Part shown: in pieces, positions 57,816-64,000 of the stretch | Position numbering within the stretch: the stretch's first letter is position 1 | How the letters are laid out: each line of letters begins with the position of its first letter | Assembly: GCA_965200245.1 (NCBI GenBank) | Contig: CBDATS010000005.1 | Span: 96,001-160,000, forward strand | Reading direction: 5' to 3' | DNA from: a bacterium | GTDB taxonomy: Bacteria; UBA8248 | DNA: 64,000 nucleotides | Position numbers and translations under genes: made by a program | Notes under the pieces: model-generated | Seen by the model: the letters and a program-made list of their open reading frames with translations, nothing else | Told to the model about the DNA's origin: nothing | Database searches by the model: none

Positions 57816-58360
57816 ATGATTCAAATGCAAACATCATCCATTAGGAACGCACCAGCGCAGGCATCTGGAGCATCTCCCGGGAAAATCCATGCAAATCGAA
57901 ACGGGGAACTTGTCTGGCCGATACCCGTGGACAAGACAAACAAGATGGGCTGGAACGTCTCGAAAAAACGGAAAACATCGCAAATTCGAAGGGCGCCGCA
58001 GACAACGGGATGGCCCGTGGATTCGAGAGACACCGAAGCCGGACATCAAAAACCCGTATCGTGAGAAGGGTTGGCCGAGACCCTTGATCGCATCGCCACA
58101 CAGCGAAATCCGTACGAAATTCTGCACACGGAGAAGACAATACACGCTCCCACAAAACTGCCGACTCAAAAACCGAAGCGGCAGACAGGAACAGGATTGA
58201 CAGGTTGGCGAACCGCGATGCACAGGGAGAAACAAGGGTCTGCAATGTTACGAATAACGTGTTCAGAATACGCTGGGGCGATTACCGGGTTCTGTACGCT
58301 CTCTGCAACGGTTTCAGAATACCCATTCCCGACATCGAGAATAGAGGGGTGTCTATAGCC
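57816..58360 (+). pseudogene. Decayed antitoxin + RelE/ParE toxin pair
   Basis: VFRIRWGDYRVLY (58260-58298) and DIENRG are RelE-like; upstream RNGELVWPIPVD and KPVS*EGLAETL resemble an antitoxin. Confidence 0.6.
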
Positions 58361-58655
58361 TATAGAAGAACAGACCCCTGAGAAGAATGTTCACCTCATC
58401 TTTCATCCACTTCTTGAAAATCTGCGTCCTATCCTCCAATATGCCATGAAAATCTTGCATCAATCTTTCTCCGAAGTGAAAGAGAAGGAAATGACCCGCG
58501 GAAATGGGTATTGCGGGTGGAATGCTTCCGTTCCGGGAAAACCGGTAACCCCGAAGAGGGCGGCTGATCAACATGTCCAAAACCGATTTTTCACATGGCT
58601 TTCCCAAGCCTGCCTGTCCAGTTCCCCTGCAAAATCAAACCACCGGAGTCAAGAA

Positions 58656-59828
58656 ATGAGCCTGCAAACAGAAACTCAACTGCAATTCGATCTCGACGAA
58701 ACGCAAAAGATGCTTCGCCAGACGGTGCGCGAACTCTCGGAGCGCTACATCGCCCCGCGCGCCGCCGACATCGACGAGTACGAGGAATACCCCGAGGACA
58801 TCTACCAACTCCAGAAAGAACACGGCCTGCTCGGCATCTTCTTCCCCGAGGAATACGGGGGTGGCGGCATGGGCTTTCTGGGTGGCTGCGTCGCCATTGA
58901 GGAAATCGCGCGCGTTTGCTCGAATTCGCCGCTGTTCATCGTGCTCAACATGCTCTCAAGCCGCGTCATCGATCTGAGCGGAACGCAGGAGCAGAAAGAC
59001 CACTACATGGCGGGCCTCGCGAAAGGAGAACTCAGAGGTTCCTACGCGCTCACCGAACCCCACGCGGGATCGGATGCGGGCAACATCCGCACGCGCGCCG
59101 TCAAGGAGGGCGACGAATGGGTCATCAACGGCACCAAGTGCTTCTGCACGGGACCCGACAAGGCGGATTTCATCACCGTCGCCGCCAAGACCGACGCCCA
59201 TGCGGGCACGCGCGGTATCACCTATTACATCGTGCCCACAGATTCGCCGGGCTTCAGCATCGCCAAGCACGAACGCAAGATGGGGATGCGGGGTATCGCG
59301 ACCTGCATGCTCAACCTCGACAACGTGGCCGTCCCGCTTGAGAACCAGGTGGGCGAATTGAACGGGGGCTTCAAGACCGCGATGATCGGCTTCAACCAGA
59401 TGCGGCCGGCCATCGGATCGCGCGCGGTAGGTCTGGCACAGGGTTGCCTCGACTACGCGTCCAACTACGCCAAGGAACGTGAGGCTTTCGGCAAGCCCAT
59501 CGCCCAGCATCAGGCCGTGCAGTTCATGCTTGCGGACATGTTCATGGACATCGAGGCAGCGAGGCTGCTCGTCTACCGCGCGGCTGCTCTTGTGGACGCG
59601 GGCCAAATCGGCAAGGAGAATGCCCGGTATTTCTCGACGGCCAAGACCTACGCGGCCGACATGGCGATGAAGTGCGCGATAGACAGCATCCAGGTTCTTG
59701 GCGGGGCAGGCTACATGAAGGATCACCCACTCGAGCGTTTCATGCGCGACGCCAAGCAGATCCAAATCGTCGAGGGAACGAGCCAGATTCAGCGGATGAT
59801 CATCGCCCGGAACCTGCTCGGCCTCTAG
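58656..59828 (+). CDS. Acyl-CoA dehydrogenase (paralog 1)
   Basis: ALTEPHAGSD, NGTKCF, KMGMRG, REAFGKPI, GGAGY, IVEGTSQIQR. Confidence 0.95.
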   Translation: MSLQTETQLQFDLDETQKMLRQTVRELSERYIAPRAADIDEYEEYPEDIYQLQKEHGLLGIFFPEEYGGGGMGFLGGCVAIEEIARVCSNSPLFIVLNMLSSRVIDLSGTQEQKDHYMAGLAKGELRGSYALTEPHAGSDAGNIRTRAVKEGDEWVINGTKCFCTGPDKADFITVAAKTDAHAGTRGITYYIVPTDSPGFSIAKHERKMGMRGIATCMLNLDNVAVPLENQVGELNGGFKTAMIGFNQMRPAIGSRAVGLAQGCLDYASNYAKEREAFGKPIAQHQAVQFMLADMFMDIEAARLLVYRAAALVDAGQIGKENARYFSTAKTYAADMAMKCAIDSIQVLGGAGYMKDHPLERFMRDAKQIQIVEGTSQIQRMIIARNLLGL

Positions 59829-59840
59829 GAGCGGGCTGAG

Positions 59841-61007
59841 GTGAAGGGAAGCCAGAATCCTGCAGGCACGTTCGAACTCTCCCCGGCCCAGCGGATGCTG
59901 GCCGATACGATCTATGAATTGAGCCGCCGACACATCGCACCGCGTGCCGGTGAGACGGACGAGAACAACGAATACCCGGAAGACGTCTTCGCACTTCTCA
60001 AATCCCACGATCTGCTCGGCCTCTACATCCCGGAAACCTACGGCGGGGCGGGCCTGGGAATTCTGGAAACCTGCGTCGCCATCGAGCAGATGGCGCGTTT
60101 TTGCTCGAACTCCCCTCTTTTCTTCTCCGTCCACTTGCTCGCCACGCGGCCCGTCGCCATCGGCGGAAGCGAGGTGCAAATGCACACCTATCTCGGCGGT
60201 GTAGCCCGTGGCGAATTACGGCCCGCCTTTTCGCTCACCGAGCCGAACGCAGGTTCCGACGCTGCGAACATATCCACACGCGCCGAACGTGACGGGGATT
60301 CGTGGGTCATCAACGGCCAGAAATGCTATTGCACGGGGGCGAGCGTGGCGGACTTCATCACCGTAGCGGCGAAGACCGAACCCGACAAAGGGGCAAGGGG
60401 CATCTCCTTCTTCAACGTTCCCAAGGGCGGGTTTCGCGTGGGACGTCATGAGCGGAAGATGGGAATGCGGGGTATTCCGACGTGTGAGGTCTTTCTCCAA
60501 AACTCGCGCGTACCTCTTGAGAACATGATCGGTGAACGAGGCCAGGGTTTCAAGACCGCCATGCTCGGCTTCAACCAGGCGCGACCCGCCATAGGTGCGC
60601 GCGGAGTGGGTCTGGCACAGGGGTGTCTCGATTACGCCTCGAACTACGCGAAGGAGCGCGAGGCATTCGGCAAGTCCATCGCACAGCACCAGGCCGTGCA
60701 GTTCATGCTCGCCGACATGTTCATGGAAACCGAGGCGGCCCGTATGCTCGTTTACCGTGCCGCCGCCATGGTGGATAATGGGCGTTACCGGAAAGAAGAT
60801 GTGCATTTCATCTGCGCCGCGAAATGCTACGCCACCGATGTCGCCATGAAGGTCGCCGTGGATGGCGTTCAGGTGCTCGGCGGCGCGGGCTACATGAAGG
60901 ACCACCCGATCGAGCGGTTCATGAGAGACGCCAAGCAGTTGCAGATTATCGAGGGGACCAACCAGATTCAGCGCATGGTCATCGCTCAAAATTTACTGGA
61001 ATTATAG
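59841..61007 (+). CDS. Acyl-CoA dehydrogenase (paralog 2)
   Basis: SLTEPNAGSD, NGQKCY, KMGMRG, GGAGY, IIEGTNQIQR; GTG start. Confidence 0.95.
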   Translation: MKGSQNPAGTFELSPAQRMLADTIYELSRRHIAPRAGETDENNEYPEDVFALLKSHDLLGLYIPETYGGAGLGILETCVAIEQMARFCSNSPLFFSVHLLATRPVAIGGSEVQMHTYLGGVARGELRPAFSLTEPNAGSDAANISTRAERDGDSWVINGQKCYCTGASVADFITVAAKTEPDKGARGISFFNVPKGGFRVGRHERKMGMRGIPTCEVFLQNSRVPLENMIGERGQGFKTAMLGFNQARPAIGARGVGLAQGCLDYASNYAKEREAFGKSIAQHQAVQFMLADMFMETEAARMLVYRAAAMVDNGRYRKEDVHFICAAKCYATDVAMKVAVDGVQVLGGAGYMKDHPIERFMRDAKQLQIIEGTNQIQRMVIAQNLLEL

Positions 61008-61034
61008 TTCAAGTCCCTCGTCACGGAGACCGAA

Positions 61035-61643
61035 ATGAGCCAGATGATTGAAATCCTGCAACCCACCTCCTTCATTCGCGCGGGCGATCACCCCCTGGCG
61101 GAGCGGCCCGAAGATCTGGGCGGACTTACAATCGGCTTCTTCCACAACAACAAGCCCAACGCCGACGTTCTACTCGAACGGATCGAGGAGCTTTTCGCAA
61201 AAGAAGACGAGACGCTGCGCTTCGTGCGCTGGGGAAAGCCAAACCCCACCCTGCCCGAAGATCGGATTGAGGAATTCATCGAACAGGTGGATGTGGCCGT
61301 CTGCGCGGTGGGTGACTGAGGGAGTTGTACGTCATGGAGTATCCATGACTCGGTGGAGATGGAAAAAGCAGGCATTCCGACGGCCACGTTTTGTTCCAGT
61401 GAATTCTCGGCCCTGGGGGCAAACGAGAGAACGGCCCTGGGGATGCCTGGCCTCCCGATAGTCGTCGTGATGCATCCGGTGGGAGGCATAGCACCGGGAG
61501 AGGCGCGCGCTTTGGGCGATGGTGCGGTGGAGGAGATTCGGCACATCCTCACGAGCGACGCCGAGACTCTCAGGAAAGAATACAGAGCGCGCGAATACGT
61601 CCCGCCCCGAAAGGCGGTGCGCCACAAGACCCTCTTCGGATAG
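61035..61643 (+). CDS. UGSC-family selenoprotein (Sec at UGA 61317-61319), 202 aa
   Basis: Two in-frame ORFs joined by TGA read AVGD-U-GSCTSWSIHD (UxxC); NNKPNAD and HPVGG motifs; SECIS hairpin follows. Confidence 0.9.
61320..61349 (+). promoter_or_regulatory. Bacterial SECIS element
   Basis: Perfect 8-bp stem GUCAUGGA/UCCAUGAC with GUA loop, starting 11 nt after the UGA. Confidence 0.82.
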
Positions 61644-61656
61644 GCGGGCTTCCGAT

Positions 61657-62736
61657 ATGAGCGACCATTCTCAGGAAAATCTTGCGTTCGGGAGCGAGCG
61701 GGTGAAGGTGCGCGACACGCCCGAGGCGATGGCGCGACTACTTGAGGCGAGAGGCTGGGGCGACGGCCTTCCCGCTGTTCCCCCCACGCCCGATCGCGTC
61801 GCCCGGATGGTGGAGGGCGCAGGCCTCGCGCCTGATGAAGAAATCGGGCTCATGCCCCCTCGCCAGGGCGTCATCACGGTGAAAGCCCTCGCCGTGAACG
61901 CCGTGATGGCAGGCTGTCTACCGGCATACATGCCCGTTCTGTTGGCGGCAGCCCGCGCGGTGCTCGAACCCGGGTTCTCGCTCCACGCCATTCAGGCGAC
62001 GACCCACCCCGTAGCACCCCTCATCATCGTGAACGGCCCCGTGGTCGAAGAAATCGGCCTGAACGCCGAATATGGATGCTTCGCCCCCGGCAACCGGGCG
62101 AACGCGACGATTGGCCGTGCGATGCGCCTGACGCTTCTGAACATCGGCGGTGCGAGCCCCGGCATCCTGGACCGCGCCACACAGGGGTCGCCCGCCAAAT
62201 ACGCATTCTGCATCGCCGAGAACGAGGCCGCCTCCCCTTGGGAACCCCTCCACGTCGAGCGCGGTTTTCCGCCAGAGGAGAGCACCGTGACGCTCGTGGG
62301 CTGCGAGGGACCTCACAACATCAACGATCACGTGAGCCACACGGCAGAGGGAATTCTCGCCACCGCTGCCGACACCATGTCCGTCATGGGGTGCAACAAT
62401 TTCTATCTTCGTGGCGAACCCGTTCTCGCCCTCGGACCCGAGCACGCAGCAACCATCGCAGGAGACGGCCTTGCGAAGGCGGACGTAAAGCGGAGAATCT
62501 TCCAGCTCGCCCGTAAGCCTGTGCGGCAACTGAAGCGTGGCGCCATGTGGGGAATGCAGACCTGGGATGAGAAAATAGCGAACAACGAGGGCGACGATGA
62601 TTTCGAGATTCCCCTTCTCGACAGGCCCGAGGACCTGCTCCTCATCATCGCGGGCGGCGCCGGCAAACACTCCTGCTGCATGCCCACTTTCGGACCAACG
62701 CGCTCGGTGACGCGAAAGATCGAAGTCGCAGGATGA
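61657..62736 (+). CDS. Conserved UGSC-associated protein of unknown function
   Basis: GWGDGLPAVPPT..RV..M, NAVMAGC.P.YMPV, QATTHP, NRANATIGRA, CIAENE..SPW.PLHVERG; 13 nt after the selenoprotein. Confidence 0.8.
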   Translation: MSDHSQENLAFGSERVKVRDTPEAMARLLEARGWGDGLPAVPPTPDRVARMVEGAGLAPDEEIGLMPPRQGVITVKALAVNAVMAGCLPAYMPVLLAAARAVLEPGFSLHAIQATTHPVAPLIIVNGPVVEEIGLNAEYGCFAPGNRANATIGRAMRLTLLNIGGASPGILDRATQGSPAKYAFCIAENEAASPWEPLHVERGFPPEESTVTLVGCEGPHNINDHVSHTAEGILATAADTMSVMGCNNFYLRGEPVLALGPEHAATIAGDGLAKADVKRRIFQLARKPVRQLKRGAMWGMQTWDEKIANNEGDDDFEIPLLDRPEDLLLIIAGGAGKHSCCMPTFGPTRSVTRKIEVAG

Positions 62737-63228
62737 TGGTCATGTTTTCATCAACTGTATTCTTGAACCCGACCAGTCCGAGCGGTAGCCCGTTGACGAA
62801 CAAGACAATATCCGGAAGGCGTTTCTGTTTGTTATCGACGACGGTGAACTGATTGACCGCCAGCCAGTCGTTGTTTGCGGGGCCGTCGAAATCCACAGCG
62901 CAGGCCGACACGTCGCGGACCGCGTCGTTATCGTCACGGTGTTCAACCGTGATCCCATGATGAGCATCCGGTGGAACGAGCGGTTACGAACCTCCAGCGT
63001 CGTCCCTTCCGGGCGCGTCAATTGGCCGAACACATCCTGATGGGCGGAGGCGGCAGAACAGGATTGAGGTGGGCCATTTCATCGCAAGGCGTCCTTCAAG
63101 AATCACGTCGCTATAATCAGCACGCTCCGCGCGCAGCACATCGGGGCAACACCGACATCGTGGGTGATATTCCAGCCGAGGTTCTCAAGCCATTCGAGCA
63201 GGATGATTTCAACGTCGGATCCGGTTAA
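62737..63228 (-). pseudogene. hsdR: Type I restriction HsdR N-terminal remnant
   Basis: Frame-broken pieces LTGSDVE...WLENLGW, AERADYSDVILEGRL, RNRSFHRML, NNDWLAVNQFTV...PDIVLFVNGLPL. Confidence 0.85.
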
Positions 63229-63229
63229 G

Positions 63230-63286
63230 CGGCGCGCCCTTGGTCAACTCCGAGACAACGTTGGCGTCGCGGAAATATCCACTCAT
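63230..63286 (-). pseudogene. VapC/PIN toxin, first about 19 codons only
   Basis: MSGYFRDANVVSELTKGAP, ATGA-coupled to the antitoxin stop. Confidence 0.7.
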
Positions 63287-63567
63287 TCGGACTCGTCGTC
63301 CGTGAACGGGATTTCCCTACCGGAACTTCTCGTACCCGGGCTCTCCAGATTCACCCCACGCGGCATGTTCTCGACCAGCCATCGTCCCATCGATTTACGG
63401 GGCGGTCTTTTCCAATACCACTCCCCGGCGGACACGACCACAAAAGGTCGCCTCATCCCGATATGTTGGGGCCCCTCCTCCTCTGCGAGGCGCAACACTG
63501 CGGACAGACGCGCCTTGGCCTCCGCAACGGTCCATACTCGATGGGGCCTAGAATGCCGTTCCGCCAT
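63283..63567 (-). CDS. Phd/YefM-family antitoxin
   Basis: WTVAEAKARLSAVL..A..EGPQ.I....VVVS..EW; RBS GAGGGG. Confidence 0.85.
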   Translation of the reverse strand: MAERHSRPHRVWTVAEAKARLSAVLRLAEEEGPQHIGMRRPFVVVSAGEWYWKRPPRKSMGRWLVENMPRGVNLESPGTRSSGREIPFTDDESE

Positions 63568-63624
63568 AATCCCCTCAAGCAAAGTAATATAGTCCCGTAC
63601 AGGCTATACTTAGATCGACGTCAA

Positions 63625-63704
63625 GACGTGAACGTACCGAACGTGACGCGTCGGTCGGAAATTGTGCCTCAAGTGATGTTTGCGTCGAGAAGATAACCGG
63701 TCAT
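63625..63704 (-). pseudogene. DUF4411/PIN-like gene remnant
   Basis: MTGYLLDANI then a shift to LEAQ; ATGA-coupled to the upstream IrrE-like gene. Confidence 0.55.
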
Positions 63705-64000
63705 TTCACCACCTCGACTTCACGCCCAAGATTGTTAAAGGTTTCGGTCCTGGAAACTCCAAGCATCCGAAAGGCGTCTCGATAGAGCGTTTGTCCTTCG
63801 AGCGTACTCACTACAAGCGCGCGGGCGAACCGCCGCCCGACCCGTGCGACCGTCGTGCGATAGAAGTCGCCACCGCTGTCCGCTCGGACGAGTTTCCGCA
63901 GACGTTCGTTCTCTTGCGTCCAGGCGGTATCGAAGCGCTCGCGAGTTAGCCAGCCTGCGTCAAGCAGTCGTCGCAGAATGACCAGCGTGCTGACCTTGAA
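63701..64000 (-). CDS. ImmA/IrrE-family metallopeptidase, C-terminal part (starts outside window)
   Basis: FKVSTLVILRRL...GGDFYRT...RRFARALVVSTLEGQTLYRDAFRMLG, open frame to TGA at 63701. Confidence 0.75.
   Translation of the reverse strand, partial: FKVSTLVILRRLLDAGWLTRERFDTAWTQENERLRKLVRADSGGDFYRTTVARVGRRFARALVVSTLEGQTLYRDAFRMLGVSRTETFNNLGREVEVVK

Noticed and set aside
57880-58200. Run of short hairpins suggesting a large structured ncRNA
   Set aside because: Better explained as decayed antitoxin/RelE coding sequence; stems are short and no known RNA motif is evident
58415-58455. Direct repeat TGAAAATCT twice upstream of the ACAD operon
   Set aside because: Only two 9-mers and no cognate regulator nearby; could be chance
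58656-61007. ACADs as 3-sulfinopropionyl-CoA desulfinases
   Set aside because: Both keep the catalytic Glu of the EGT motif expected of true dehydrogenases
63588-63608. Imperfect inverted repeat TATAGTC/GGCTATA upstream of the antitoxin
   Set aside because: Plausible autoregulatory operator but too short to support as a feature

Overview
GC-rich chromosomal segment from a bacterium that is probably diderm, mostly housekeeping genes on the minus strand: ihfB(partial)-rpsA-cmk-tyrA-hisC-pheA; trpEGDC; truA-uvrA-SDR-ndk-sucCD-two-subunit fumarase-mdh-icd; rsmA; lepAB; degP; dgt-alkA-ABC2 exporter-gdhA-tal; pyrR-pyrB-pyrC-carAB; S4-surA-like-PPIase-mfd-rodZ; aroF. Features the ORF track misses: (1) a UGSC-motif selenoprotein split at an in-frame UGA, with a clean bacterial SECIS hairpin, in a 4-gene operon with two paralogous acyl-CoA dehydrogenases and a partner protein of unknown function; this is the best candidate for an uncharacterised system. 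(2) Two unannotated leader-peptide attenuators (Trp leader before trpE, Phe/Tyr leader before DAHP synthase) and a PyrR RNA attenuator. (3) A SurA-like protein with a possible C2-like tail. (4) Three patches of decayed accessory DNA (about 7.3-9.7, 56.5-58.4 and 62.7-64 kb) with remnants of restriction-modification, toxin-antitoxin and IrrE/DUF4411 genes. No rRNA, tRNA, CRISPR array or intact mobile element was seen. All family calls come from motif recognition by eye; no database search was run.
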